A DNA stretch of 64,000 bases from the NCBI GenBank assembly GCA_951406725.2, contig OX597820.1, forward strand, positions 29,574,001 through 29,638,000. Reading direction: 5' to 3'. The position numbers and the translations under genes are program-made. This stretch comes from Octopus vulgaris (Eukaryota). The stretch's first letter is position 1. Every line of letters begins with the position of its first letter. Positions 1-13,425 of the stretch are shown in pieces. The notes beneath the pieces are model-generated. The model did no database searches, had not been told where the DNA came from, and saw only the letters and a list, made by a program, of their open reading frames with translations.

Positions 1-862
1 AAGGGTTGAATTTAATTTTTATTTTATAAGGTGTTAGCAAAAACATCCAGTTGTAGAATCTATGCCAAAGCAGACACTGGAGCTCATTGAAGTCCTCTGG
101 CTCATTGGATCCTGTTGAATCATTCAACTCTTGTTAACATGGAAGAGAAACGTTAAATGATGGGGATAATGTGGTTGTAGAATTTTCATTGCCCAACTAA
201 AACCTGACACAGTTATACAGTGAAGCTGTGTCAGTGATCTGATTACTGGTGTATGTAAAAAATTTGGACATCTCTTGAAATAACTTAAATTGAAAGTTCA
301 AACGCCAACCACTCCGAGAGTGGTTGGTGTTAGGAAGGGCATCAAGCTGTAGAAACTCTGCCAAATCAAGATTGGAGCCTGGTGCAACCATCTGGTTCGC
401 CAGCCCTCAGTCAAAATCATCCAAACCATGCTAGCATGGAAAGTGGACGTTAAACGATGATGATGATGATGAGTGTTATTAAATGACTAAAATGGCTTCT
501 CTGATGTAGTTGCTTCATTTTCAGTATATGGTCTAAGATCAAGTACTATTAAACCTTTTGATACCAACTTACATGAGACAACTATTTCTATGCATTTGTT
601 TTAACTGTTTTGATATCAACCCATCTAACAGTGCTCCTAGTTCTATGTTACAAACCTGTTTTAACCCTTTAGCGTTTAATTCCGCCATATCCGGCCCAAT
701 TATTCAATCTATTTTATGTTAAAAGTGACCAGATCCAACTTCTCACACCTACCCTACAATGTTGTTCTAAAAATATACAAACACACCATTGAAATCTTGA
801 AGCTACGATATAATGCAGGATTAATTCAAAGCAATATGAATAAATAAGCATTACATTTAATA

Positions 863-1215
863 GAAAACAATTGCAGCATGGAAGGTGTTTATAAGCCATT
901 TAAGAAACACACAAAAACCGTTAGATTCTCTTCAACATTTGAATTCAATTTGCCAAAATATTTTCATCACTTTGAGACCGCAACCTGTTCACTGACAAAA
1001 TTCCATGCAGCATGGAAGGAATTTTGTCAGTGAATAGGTTGCAGTTTCAAAACAACAAAAATATTTTGGCAAATTAAATTCAAATGTTGAAGTGAATCTA
1101 ACGGTTTATGTGTGTGTTTCTTAAATGGCTTATAAACACCTTCCACACTGCAATTGTTTTCGTTCCAGCACACAATCTCAGATCAGGTCACTTGCTATGC
1201 AAGTACATCTCCGTA
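863..1215. mobile_element. Palindromic (foldback) element, possibly a Penelope-like inverted pseudo-LTR
   Basis: Inverted arms of about 140 bp span 863-1161 (gaaaacaattgcag...ctgcaattgttttc), with an asymmetric extension to about 1215. A degenerate single-arm copy lies near 12130-12270. Confidence 0.6.
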
Positions 1216-1609
1216 ATACATTTGACAGAGTAATCTGAAAAATAAAAGAGTTAAAGTTATCTAATTTAAAACCTTGCAAATGCAGTAAGCTGGCAGAATC
1301 ATTAGCACACAGGATAAAATGTTTAGCAGCAGTTCAAATTCCACCACAATAAATTTTGCCTTTTATCATTTTGGGGGTCAATAAAATAAGTACTGGGGTT
1401 CATGTAAACAACTAGCCCTTTCCCTTCCCTTCAAATTTCAGGCCTTGGGCCTGTAGTAGAAAGAAATTAAAACTTTTCATCAAAATTTTATGTCAGTTAA
1501 TTAACCTTACACCAGGTTAATAACGACAAAGGTATTTTACAAAAATTGCTCGTTATTTTCAAAATTAATTGAAGCAAAGGTGGTGTATTTCATTGAAATA
1601 TATTTTTTT

Positions 1610-1985
1610 ACTTATTTCAGTCATTTTGACTGTGGCCATGCTGGAGCACCGCCTTTAGTTGAGCAAATCAACCCCAGGACTTATTCTTTGTAAGCCTAGT
1701 ACTTATTCTATCGGTCTCTTTTGCCAAACCGCTAAGTTACAGGGACGTAAACACATCAGCATCGGTTGTCAAGCAATGTTGGGGGGACAAACACACACAC
1801 ACAAACATATACATATACATACACATATATATATATATATATATTCTTTCGGTTTCCGTCTACCACTCACAAGGCCTGAGGCTATTGTAGAAGACACCTG
1901 CCCAAGGTGGCATGCAGTGGGACTGAACCCGGAACCATGTGGTTCATAAGCAAGCTACTTACCACACAGCCACTCCTATGCCTAT
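1610..1985 (-). mobile_element. tRNA-headed SINE family B (internal microsatellite; possibly Meta/Deu-domain type)
   Basis: Head 'ggcataggagtggctgtgtggtaagtagcttgct...gggttcagtccc'. Homologous copies at 3406-3800, 13673-14010, 40206-40570 and 45745-46020. Confidence 0.8.
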
Positions 1986-2644
1986 GGCAACAAAAGGTTT
2001 AAAGTGATAAAAATTTTAATTTTCCATCAAAATTTCATGTCAAAATTCCAAACACCAGCTTTGCATGAATAAAGTATTTTACAAACTTTTTTGAAGTGAA
2101 GGCAGTATATTTAAATATAAATGTGGTAACAAAAGGATTAAGTTGGAATTTGGAATATAGCTAAGCAAAAATATCCTTATATGAAATTATGATGGAAAGA
2201 TTTAAAATTTAGACATGAACACTTGAAAATTGACAGTTTTATACCAGGTGAGTTGGTATGAGTATTGTTGAAGATGAAATCAATATATTGCACTCAACAG
2301 TATTCTGAATGCTAAAGTGTTAAGGCAGTAGAGGGGTGTGATTTAAGAGAGCTTTGGTTGCTATTGAGCAACTCAACAAAATTGAGATTCTCCCCATGAC
2401 TTGAACTCATATCAATATTGACCTCACAAGTGGCCAGTACTGTACAACAAAACATAAGCTTTCAGCAAATCTAGAAATTTGAGTTCAATTTCTGATGATA
2501 CAACTCTGTTCCTTTATGCTGTTGTTTATACATGAGGGAGTGAGGGAAGAAAGCCATCGTGAAATTTTATGTGATCTGTTCTCTTCCCTTGTGAATTTAT
2601 GTCTTTGTATCTAAAAACACCAATTTTGAGCTTACAACAGAATA

Positions 2645-3026
2645 CCGTAAATCCTCGAGTATAATCCACATTTTTTTCCCAAAATTTAAAGGTCAAAATC
2701 CCTAGTGCGTACGATATACGAGGTTAAAAATGAAAATTATTTTCTAAGCAATGTACGAGTCTGTTTGCTGTCTGGCAAATATTTCTTTATTTTCTGCATG
2801 CAAAATGCACAAAAAAGCTACACGATTGCATTATGTTATGCATACAATAATAACAAAGGATGCTACCATATACAGTTTTATAAACCAAGGACGTTATATA
2901 GACCTCCTTGAGTCAAGTTAGAGAAGGTGTGCGTATTATATACAAGGTTTAGGTTTTTCAGAGGTACAGCCCCCTAAAAATTCCATGTATTATACTCAAG
3001 GGCGGACTATACTCGAGGATTTACAG
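2645..3026. mobile_element. Tc1/mariner-superfamily (Tc2/pogo-like) MITE
   Basis: TIRs ccgtaaatcctcgagtataatcc / ggactatactcgaggatttacag, flanked by TA on both sides. Confidence 0.85.
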
Positions 3027-3405
3027 TATTTTGTTTGATAGTTGTCTCCTCACACACACACACAAACATACATACACCATTTTAACCCCTTTGAAACTGT
3101 CTGAGACCACCCTGGGTTTAAAGACACAAATTTCCTGTTTTAAAGTTAACAAAATTAAAACTTTCCCTCAAAATTTCGTACTGGTTTATGTTCAAAATAG
3201 TTATTTTACTAAAGTTGTCATTATTTGAAACGAACAAAGAGTATTTCAATAGAAATATGGTAATAAAAAGGTTAAAGTGATCTAAATTTAAACCATATCA
3301 AAATTTTATGTTTATGTTCCAGATTAACAATGACAAAGTTATTTTACTAAATTCTTCATTATTTTGAAAATTGAAACAAAGTGTATTTCAATAAAAATTA
3401 TGATA

Positions 3406-3800
3406 GGCATAGGAGTGGCTGTGTGGTAAGTAGTTTGCTTACCAACCACATGGTTCCGGGTTCAGTGCCACCTTGGGCAAGTGTCTTCTACTATAGCCTC
3501 AGGCTGACCAAAGCCTTGTGAGTGAATTTGGAAGAAGGAAACTGAAAGAAGCCTGTCATATATATGTATATATATATATATATATACATGTATGTGTATG
3601 CTTGTGTGTCTGTGTTTGTCCCCCAACATCACTTGACAACCGATGCTGGTGTGTTTACGTTACCCATAACTTAGTGGTTCGGTAAAAGAGACCGATAGAA
3701 TAAGTACTAGGCTTACAAAGAATAAGTCCTGGGGTCGATTTGCTTGAGTAAAGGTGGTGCTCCAGCATGGCCACAGTCAAATGACTGAAACAAGTAAAAG
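3406..3800 (+). mobile_element. SINE family B, near full length
   Basis: Same head, 'gccttgtgagtgaatttgg..gaaactgaaagaagcc' core and 'ccagcatggccacagtcaaatgactgaaac' tail as the other copies. Confidence 0.82.
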
Positions 3801-4059
3801 AGAATAATAAAAAAGTTAAGCATACCACTATCAGCAGAGTGGAAGAAACAGTTAAGTATCAAACTAAATGTCTTGTGTTATGTTTTCCCCCAACATTCTG
3901 TGTTGTTATTGTGTAGCAGGTCAGCTACGACTAAGCAAACCCATGGTATGCAGGCAACCAACCAAACAACTAGGCTTCGCAGTGGCAAAGACCTGTTCTA
4001 GTTATACCTTACCATAGGGCTATATTGAGAGTAGAATTGAATACTTGTGACTTGCTGAG

Positions 4060-4990
4060 ATGAATTATGTTGGGGTAAAGTGTAACACTTTGAACTTGTT
4101 ACCTTCTCTCCAATATCCAGTCATTTGACGGTTTTGTTTGACAGCTGTTTCTGTATTGGATGAAGTATGACATCTTGGACTTGTCTTTTTGCCAATGTCC
4201 AGTCAATTTGCAGGGTGAAGTGTGGTAATAATAATAATAATAATGAAATTATTGTATACAGTGCTCAGGTGCACCACAACTTGGCAAACGTGCATATAAA
4301 GCATATGCAGTAATGTACAAATGTCTGGAAAGTGAACAGTGTATGAGTCAGATACATGCTTGTGTGTGTATGGAGGGGAGAAAATCAGGTGTAGTGTTGG
4401 CGAATCTCAGGAAGCATGGAAGTTTTGAAGGATGCAGTGTTCCGACAACTAAAAATTGATGCCGGCAGTTTGTTCCATGCTTCAGCAACTCTTAGCATTA
4501 AAAAATGTTTCCGAAAGTCATGAGAGCTGTGCTGTTTTCTGACTTTGTAAGCATGTCCACGGGTGTTAGACGGGTGGAGTTTGAAAAGGTGCTCAGAGTT
4601 ATTGTTAGTAAGATAGTTAATAATTTTATGGGTGTCTGCCAAGTCAGCTGCCAGACGTCGGAGTTTCAATGTATCCATACCCAGGGAAGTAAGGCATTCA
4701 GAGGATGACAAATGCCTGATGGAAGGTATTCTCTTGTTTAGACTTGTTGCATTCTTTCCACAGTCATTTCAGTAGAGAGTGAAGTGTGGCAGCTTGAATT
4801 TGTTACATTCTGTATGCTGTTCAGCCAATTTCTGAATAGAGCAAAGTGTGACAGCTTGGACTTCTTGCATTCTCTCCCTTTTCCAATCAATTTCCGTGGA
4901 AGACGAAGTGTAACAGCTTGGACTTGTTATATTGTCTCCCCTGTCAAGTCAATTTCTGTAGAGGGCAAAACATGACTGTTTGGACTCTTC
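4060..4990. repeat. Degenerate ~62-bp tandem array interrupted by a LINE fragment
   Basis: Motif aagtgtRRcagcttggacttg recurs at 4782, 4844, 4906 and 4968, and less regularly at 4078, 4163 and 4218. Confidence 0.7.
4226..4735 (-). mobile_element. 5'-truncated CR1/L2-group LINE 3' end
   Basis: ORF 4385-4711 (LKLRRL..DL, TRGHAYKV, RVAEAWNKLP), 3' UTR and (ATT)n tail. Confidence 0.88.
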
Positions 4991-5921
4991 AACTTATAGG
5001 ATAAATTTCTCTATACTCTATACCATTAATATATTAAAATGAAAATAGTAAGTGGGTGTAAAATCTGATATTTTTTTTTTCTTTCCAAAATGTAACAATT
5101 GCTTTGATAAATTCTTTACAAATTTCTGGTCTTGTGCCAAAGTTAAAGAAATCAATATTTCTTTGTTGAAACTAACCATTGTTAGTAATTTTATATTGGT
5201 TCTATGAAAGTTCCAAGTTTTTTTATTTTTTGTTTTTTTTTTTTTTTTCATAATTCATAGTACTGTTCCTTTCTAAGTGTTGTATATAACAAACGAAAGG
5301 AAAATATTTGAAGGTTTTGTATATTTTCCTCACTCTACACTAATATCTCAAACAATGTGTTGGAAGAGTGGAAAGAATGATGGACATTATTATCATTTTT
5401 TTTTGTTCAAATCATATAAGTTCTCCTTTTATTGAATAATGCTATTATTTATCCTGATAGGAAAAGAAAATTTCTTTCCAATAAGCAAAAAAATATCAGC
5501 ACTAAAATATCCTTTTATTGGTTTTTTTGAGGGAACATTTTTTATTTGTTCAGTTTAAAAAGATTTTTTTCTTTTGTTATTTTTTCAACAATTCTATGTT
5601 CTTTGCCCCCACCCCATAAACAAATTCTTCCTATTGCTGCAAGTGACAATTCTATTAAAAATTGTCAATATTGGCAAATTATATTTGACAAATGCTATTG
5701 AACAGGAATATATTTTTCAGAGACATAGGTGCACAAACCTGTTATTTATTTATGTATTTATTTTATGTTGATAGTTGCTTCAAGCCAGTTCACTTCACTT
5801 AGACCACTAATATTGTCTAGAAAGGCATGAACACCATATAATCTCATTCACTCTCCTTTTAAGTTTATGGTCTAAGTAAAAAAATACTTAGTATATAGTT
5901 TAAAAAGTTTAAAAATTTGTA

Positions 5922-6240
5922 AATGCTTTTAATTTTTTTAAATAAACTCAAAACAATGCAAGTTATATAAAATAATACAAGTTGATGGTGTGTACTAATA
6001 CTTGGTATTTCAATAATTTGAGGTTAGGGCCTCCTCTTCTGGAAATCTTTAGAGAAATGATGTTGTAAGATGACTTTTCTGTTTTGAAGTTGTAAAATCA
6101 GCTTACAACACCATTCCTCTAAAGATTTTTTGAAAGGGCCTAAACCCCAAAATATTGAAATACAAGCTAAAAGTGCTAACCTTCAATTTCTTATAATTGG
6201 CATTATTTTTGTCTTTATTAAAATAAAAATTAAAAGCATT
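5922..6240. mobile_element. Degenerate foldback/MITE, ~320 bp imperfect palindrome
   Basis: Outer arms aatgcttttaattttt / aaaaattaaaagcatt. Inner arms atctttagagaaatgatgttgtaagatgac / tcagcttacaacaccattcctctaaagat. Confidence 0.7.
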
Positions 6241-7212
6241 AGACAATGTTTCATGCAAGTTATACTTCTCTGAAAATTTGATTAATTTTTTTTTCTTTCT
6301 AATAAGCTAGAGAAGAGATACTGGCTATGAGTTTCAAAGATGTCTCCTAGACTGGTGAAATTTAAGTGTCTGATAACCTGCCTAGACATCTGTAGGAAAA
6401 TTCAGGTAGAAGATACCAAGGATCTAGGGATCTGCTCTGAACCCTTGTTGTCAAACCAACTCAGCTGAAGCCACTCAAGGACCAGGTGTTAATGTTAAAC
6501 GAGGAAGTATATTAAGGCTACAGTACAAATAAAAAATGCAAAAATAAATAAAAACAAGAAGCACTGTCATACGGTGTCATTGTAGCTGGTGTTAATATCA
6601 TAGTCAAATTAGTGAGGTTTGGCATTCCTCTAAATTTGCATACTTCAACACTAATTATAAACTATGAGTCTGCTTTGTAAAATCTTTTGACTAATCATAG
6701 TCATTGTTGTTTTGTACCCCAAGGTCAACCTTGATCAAAGGCATCCCAGCCATGACCATCCAGTCTTTTTAGAAGTATGTAGTATTACATTGTCTAAAGA
6801 TCCTGGCAGAGCTGTCCACACATGAACTACTAATACTACAACTACTAAAAATGAATGAAAATAGCAGCCAAATCTCACTCAGACTACATGCTACCATCTT
6901 AGAAGAAAAGTTAGAACAAACATATTGCGTAATGTCCAATTAATGGCCCATCCGATTTCAAGTTTTAGCACAAAGCCTGCAAGGTTGATTACATCAACCT
7001 CAATGTGCAACTGGTACTCTTTTTATCGACCCTGAAAAGATGAAAGGTAAAGGTGACCTTGGTGAAATTTGAACACAGAATGTAAAGGCAGACAAATTGC
7101 TGCTAAGCATTTCACCTGGTGTGCTAACAATTCTACCAGCTCGCCACCTCAATTAGTGGCCCAATTAATCCTTTTGATGACGAGGTGCACCACTATTGTA
7201 ACTCCTGGTAAA

Positions 7213-7452
7213 TTAACTTTGTTGCTCTGTAATATGTTGATTCTCAGGTCCCCAGTAGGTGCAATTGTGACAATTAATTGAATTAGTTAATGTATATGTA
7301 ACCTCATCACTCCAAATGATCTTTGTTGGAAAGTGTACATCTACACATCTTATCAAGCACCATTTGCAAAACTCCACTCTTCGGTCCAGATTATTTTCAT
7401 TGAGAGTATGAACTGTTCTTGGAATGTAACTTTTCCAATTACAGCACTTCAA
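7213..7452 (-). mobile_element. Tc1/mariner-like transposase relic
   Basis: DRRVEFC..IIWSDE...[13 protein letters not shown] resembles the first catalytic Asp region of IS630-Tc1-mariner transposases. Confidence 0.7.
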
Positions 7453-8728
7453 ATTGTGATGAATGATTGATTTTTGAAATTCCTGAATTTCAACAACATC
7501 AACAGGATATTTTTGTATGTATGTATATGTGCAGATTTTTATGTTTTGTTTGTTTTATTTGTATGTATGAATGTATAATAATAATAATAATAATTGTGTA
7601 CAGTGCTCAGGTGCACTACAACATGTATGTATGTATGTATGTCATTTGTGAGGTCTCTCATTAGTGCTTTTGGTAACATGGAAACCAGTACAACCTATTG
7701 CATAGTCAGATCATCATCGACCAAACCCGCACCTCCACTAGACTTGCTTGGTGAGGAGGGTTGCTAGAAACCCTGTAGGACTAAAAACAAAACTTGTCAA
7801 AAGGATGGATGAACCTAGTGTAAGTTCAATTACTATCTATCAATAGCACAGGTACACAGAAATTCTAGGTAAGTGTCTGGCATGCTGGAAGACTACTGGG
7901 AGTGAAGTACCCCTCAGCTTTTGCTAAAGCATGTCTCTAGGTGAAGGTCACTCTGATATAAAACCAGATGTGCAGGGAATGGCATTGAACATTTTGGGGA
8001 CCTTACGCTCGTGCTTGAGATTACTGTCATCCTACATTCCTGAGCCTGTGACTCATATTGGTACGGGGTACCTTGCCCTGGCATGTCTCCATATTATGTC
8101 AATAAGGTCTGTGCAAGCCTTATTTGACCAAACATTTTAGGTTGCACAATTGCCGGCAAGACGACTTTCTGATGCCCAGTTCAGTAGGAGGGCACCGCAT
8201 TGAGCATGGAAGCCATGGGCATGAATCTGGAGGGAAGCTCTCATGAACTCACTGCTGACATTTTGCATGGGCAATGGTCAGTGTTGGTCTTCCTTGGTCA
8301 CAAGTGGACAGCCATATTGTCTGTATATGATGGGCTTCTTTCAGTTTCTGTTCGCCAATTTCACTCACTAGGCTCTGCTCAGGCAGGGGCTATAGCAGAA
8401 ATCACTTACCCTAGGTGCTGTGTAGTAGGACTGAACCTGAGAATTGTAAAAATTTAATTTTATTATTATTATCATTATTATTATGAAGGTGGTGAGCTAC
8501 CAGAATCATTAGTGCACCAGGTAAAATGCTTAGCTGCATTTCATTCATCTTTCTGGAGTGAGTTCAAATTCTACTAAGGTCTATTTTGCTTTTCATTCTT
8601 TTGAGGTCGATAGAATAAATACCAGTTAAGTAATGTTATCAACTTTCCCCCTCCCCCAAATTTCAGGCCTTGTGCCTATAGCAGAAAGGATTATTATTAT
8701 TATTATTATTATTATCATTATTATTCTG

Positions 8729-9054
8729 AGACCCCTTTCGGTCATGACACAGACCATGGGATTGCACCTAGAAAGTTACTCTCCCAGGCACAAGTCCGTG
8801 CAAGGTTGTTTGTGGAAGGCCAGCAGTCGCCCATGCATACCAGCCTCCCCTCTCCACACCACCAATGTTATCCAAGGGAAAGGCAAATGCTGATACAGCT
8901 TGGCACCTGTGATGTCGCAACTCATTTTTACAGCCGAGTTAACTGGAGCAATGTGAAATAAAGTGTCTTGCTCAAAAAGACAACACACAGCCCAGTCTGG
9001 GATTCGAACTCACAACCTCACGATCATAAGCTCAATGCTATAACCACTGAGCCA
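8729..9054 (-). mobile_element. tRNA-derived SINE (family D2)
   Basis: Head tggctcagtggttatagc...gagttcgaatccc. An opposite-strand relative is at about 27298-27620. Confidence 0.75.
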
Positions 9055-12000
9055 TTATTATTATTATTATTATTATTATTATCATCATCATGATTGTAGT
9101 GAGCTAGCAAAATAATTAGTTGACCAAGCAAAATGCTTAGCTGTATTTCATCTGTCTTTATGGCCTGAGTTCAAATTCTGCCAAGGTTAACTTTAGTGTC
9201 AATCCTTTTGGGATTGATAAAAATAAGTACCAGTTGCATATTGGGGGTTGATGTAATCGACTTACCCCCACCCCCGAAGATGCTGGCCTTGTACCAAGAT
9301 TTGAAACTATTATTATGATTTAGGCAGCAACCTGGAAAAATTGTTAGCACACCAGACAAAATGCTTTGTGGTATTTTTTGCAGCTTTTTATGTTCTGAGT
9401 TCAGATTTCACCAAGATCGGCTTTGCTTTTCAACCTTTTGCGGGTGATAAAACAGGTACCAGTTGAGTACTGAGGTTGATGCAATTGACTAGTCCCCTTC
9501 CTACAAAATTTCAGGCCTTGTGCCAATAGTAGAAAGAGTTAATATTATTTTTTCCGTTAAATATTTTCTAAATTAATCAAAGACCCCTGTTATTGTATCA
9601 ATATTATTTGCCAATTGTGGAAGTTGAGCTGAGAGAAAGTTTTGCTTCTCAGCAGCTAAAACTACACATACATACTTACATACATATAATCATACATACA
9701 TAAACACACACATATTGCATGTGGGCACACTCACACCAAGTGAATAAAGTCTCTCTTGGTTTTAGTCTGAAGCTGTAGCTATTTTTTAAAATTTATTTTT
9801 GAGTCTGCAGAAAGACTATGAAGATTACACAATGATATTCATCAACGGGGATGATAACTCATTGATGGATTATACTTTAATTGTATCAAGTCAATTGACT
9901 TTATTTGTCACATTCCTACATGGAATAACGATGTTGTTCTGTTGTATGGAGATTTGTATAAACTTTGAATTTATCAGTGGGAGTTTTTTTCTTTATTTTT
10001 TTTTTCCTTTTATTTGAAAACCATATATAAATCTTCTTTCCAAATGCGAAGGCAATTAAAATTATGATTAGTTTAAAAGAAAGAAAGAAAAAAAAATGGT
10101 ACTTTGAAGAATAAAATGTTATGTAAATTACCTCCCTTAGTTAGATGCCAATGGAATTTATCTCCCTTGGAAATAGGAACTACATGTTGGCTAGAATTTC
10201 CTCCCTTGGATGTATTAAAATATTGTTGACGTAGATTTCTTTTTTCATTTTTGAATAGTCAATTTTTGACTGTTTTGATGCCGCTTTGTTTAAATCTATT
10301 CTATTAGCTGCATTTTAAGCAGCTGTTTATTGAATAAAGGCTCACAGTAATTCAGTTTTTGTTTTCTGTTCTATTTATTTTAGATTAATTAGAATAGGTG
10401 CTTTCAAATTTCTTGTAGCCCTAGTAAATATACATTATCATACATTTTTCTTATCATCCAATCTTCATAATCATTATCATCATCATTAATCATAGGGGAT
10501 TTTTAAAAAGTGGCAGTAATAATAGTAAGTGCTCAGTTATTTAAAAAATTTTTTTCAATGTTGGTCCCCGTTGGAATGATTGTAGTTTATTTTTGACATG
10601 TAGCATTTGGACTCAGAAATCACAAATGCAACCATCCTTCATTAGTAGTCAGCTTAAATAATAACCTATTGACAGATAAAATAGATTAAGAACGATAAAG
10701 ACAAATATCGATTTGATTTATTTACTTAAGACTCAAATTAGTAATTAATCAACGACTAATTTCAATCGTTTTCCATATCAAAATTATTTTTAATTACTTT
10801 TTGTTTTTATGCTTCTAGCATTCTATATTGTTAACATTAAATATTAACTCTATATTTGAGTAGTTTTGACATAGTTACCATGGTGATGATGATGGTGTTT
10901 GTTGATTATTCTAATTAGTTAGACATGAAATGCAAAAAGCCTCATGACAAAATTTTAAATCCAGCATCTCTTATGGATATTCCGGAAACTATATCACATA
11001 AGGTATTTCCATGAACAATTTATTTAACTCATTTACATATCCAACCACTACCATCATTACATCCTCTACCACTACCAGCTGGTATCATCAAATTCTGGAA
11101 ACTGAAAAATCCCAATCTTCTTTTTAACATCTACTTCTGTTTCAATTTTCATCCAACCAAAAAATAAATAGATAAATCAAAAGAGAAAGTAAAAAGTATT
11201 GTGTGTTATAGTAATAATGATGCAGAAATTAATAAAAGAGACTGAAATAAAAGAAATTTTATACACCTTCTCTTTAACTTACGACTGAGTTCCCTTCTGA
11301 CTGACAGGTCATAAGTCAACTTGGTTGTATATCAGATTTATATTTTTCAATATTATTTTCATTCAAGCATAACTGATGCTTGAAAGTGACTGAGTGAAAG
11401 ACAGTGGCAGGCAATGGATGCCTGGGTCTGATGGTGGGGGCTGTGTTGCCAGATGCTACCATAGTTATCATATGTGCTGCTGCCCAAAGTCCGAAAATCA
11501 ATTTATTGAATTTTTTATTTCTTTATTTTTTTGTGGTCATAAGTCAAGAAGGTGTATACAGTATTCTATATTCCATTCTGTAGATCTTGGTTCTTTGCTG
11601 AATCATCAGATCTATGGAATTTTAAAATTTAATTTCTTGTCTAGTCTAGATGAAAGTGGTGATGGCATAAGAGTGTATACTGATGACCTCCACTACTTTT
11701 GTAATGTCTAATATTGCATAATTTCTTTTTTTTTTGTGGTTAACTTACATTACTCATTGATGCCCCCCAATTATTTGTTTTCAATATAAGATACACACTA
11801 CTTTCATTTGCCCCCTTATTTCACTGACTTGTAGGTGGCCTGTTCTCTCTGCCCCATTTACATTTTGAGGGCTTTATTTCTCCTTTTCATCTCTTTACTA
11901 TTTTAAACTTCTTTGCTGCTATACATACCTAGCAATATGGAAGATACACATTAGTTTTTCCAAAACAAAAACTTAACTCCGCTCACACATTTATTATCCA

Positions 12001-12447
12001 ATGTCAAGTTTTCACTGTGCTAACTGCCATCAGGTCACTGGGAGAGTTTCACTACATTCAATCCTTCTAGGATTGGTAAAATAAAGTACCAGTGAAATAG
12101 TCTTAGTGACAAAGTTGCAGTAATAAAAATTTTGACACCAAATAGTAAAAACTTAAGTGAAGTTAACAGTTGTTTTATGTTCTTAAATGGCTAATATATA
12201 TCTTCTATTGTAATTGTTTTAGTTCCAACACATGGTCTCAGACCAAATCACTTGCCGGACAATTACATCTCTGAAATAGATAATATATACATACTCCATT
12301 TCTTCCTTTTTTTTTTAAATACACAATAAGCTTCTTGAAGATGTAATAGGATATATAAATAACTATAACTAAATATATATATATATAATTAATGGGATTC
12401 TTAATAAAATGATAGTTTCCTAATTTCAGGTTATTCAAAATTTCAAC

Positions 12448-12478
<31 letters not shown>

Positions 12479-12792
12479 TATAGAAAAGTAAACATATGGT
12501 CATTTCAACATTCATCAACATGTTATCATTACTTCTTTTATTATTATTCGTTTTTGTTCTCCTTCAAAAAATATAAAATCTGAAAAATTAAATAAAAATG
12601 AATTGAAAATTTTGTTTCTTTTTTGGGGTATTATTATTGAGTACCTAAAAGGTAGCAAGCTAATGGAGTTGTTAGCTTGCCAGACAAAATGCTTAGCATA
12701 TTTTGTGTCTTTATATTCTGAGTTCAGATTCCACAGGGGTTGCTTTTGCCTTTTGGGGTCAATAAAATAAGTAGCAGTCAAGCACTAGGGTT

Positions 12793-13086
12793 CCTTCTCA
12801 AGCCACACCTGGCTCATAAGGGCCGGTTTCCCAGTTTCCTTGGCGTATAGGTGTCCCACCTGGACAGGATGCCGGTCCGTTGCAGGTGAGCTGCAAGATG
12901 CAGGAGGAAAGTGTTAGAGAAAGTTGTGGTAAAAGAGTCAGCAGAAGTGCGCCATTACCTTCTGCCGGAGCCACGTGGAGCTTAGATTTTTCGCTCATAA
13001 ACACACATATTGCCCAGTCTGATATTCGAACCCGCGATCCCTCGACCACGAGTCCGCTGCTCTAACCACTAGGCCATGTGCCTCCA
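12793..13086 (-). mobile_element. tRNA-derived SINE (family D) with 14-bp TSD, nested in a family A SINE
   Basis: A/B boxes tggcctagtggtt / ggttcgaat. TSD caagcactagggtt (12779) / caagcactggggtt (13087). Relatives with TSDs at 18713-18946 and about 26483-26790. Confidence 0.85.
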
Positions 13087-13199
13087 CAAGCACTGGGGTT
13101 GATGTAATTGAGTCACCCATCCCCTGAAAATGCTGGCCATGTGCCAAAATTTGAAACCATTAAGGTAGTAAGCGAGCAGAATCATTAGCAGGCTGAACA

Positions 13200-13425
13200 C
13201 ATGACCTGACTTGTCATCTGATGTCACTTTGTCCACGTCTTTTTGCCTAATGATTTTTTTGTCCAATTTTACATAAACTCTTTAGAAAACAAAGTGAACA
13301 TCAAAATCAAATAATCATTGAGAATTTTACTGATAGGATTTGTAATTGGCCACAAAAATCATCAGACAAAAAGATGTGGATGCAGAGACATTTGACTAAG
13401 TGTCGTTGGATGAAAAGACAAAGCA
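13200..13425. mobile_element. Inverted-repeat MITE inserted into a SINE
   Basis: ccacgtctttttgcctaatgattttt (13233) is inverted to aaaaatcatcagacaaaaagatgtgg (ending 13379). The SINE head at about 13163 resumes at about 13426. Confidence 0.55.

Noticed and set aside
4060-4990. CRISPR-like array
   Set aside because: Eukaryotic context, degenerate units without unique spacers, and no cas genes.
7720-8300. ORFs 7931-8140 and 8200-8457 as genes
   Set aside because: No homology recognised. The region looks like a decayed retroelement 5' UTR followed by a SINE fragment.
9799-10017. Possible terminal exon of an upstream plus-strand gene
   Set aside because: No recognisable homology and no linked exons found; the acceptor is weak.
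12793-13086. tRNA genes at SINE heads (also near 9000, 26720, 27300 and 48710)
   Set aside because: The A/B boxes continue into SINE bodies, several with TSDs; there is no complete cloverleaf.
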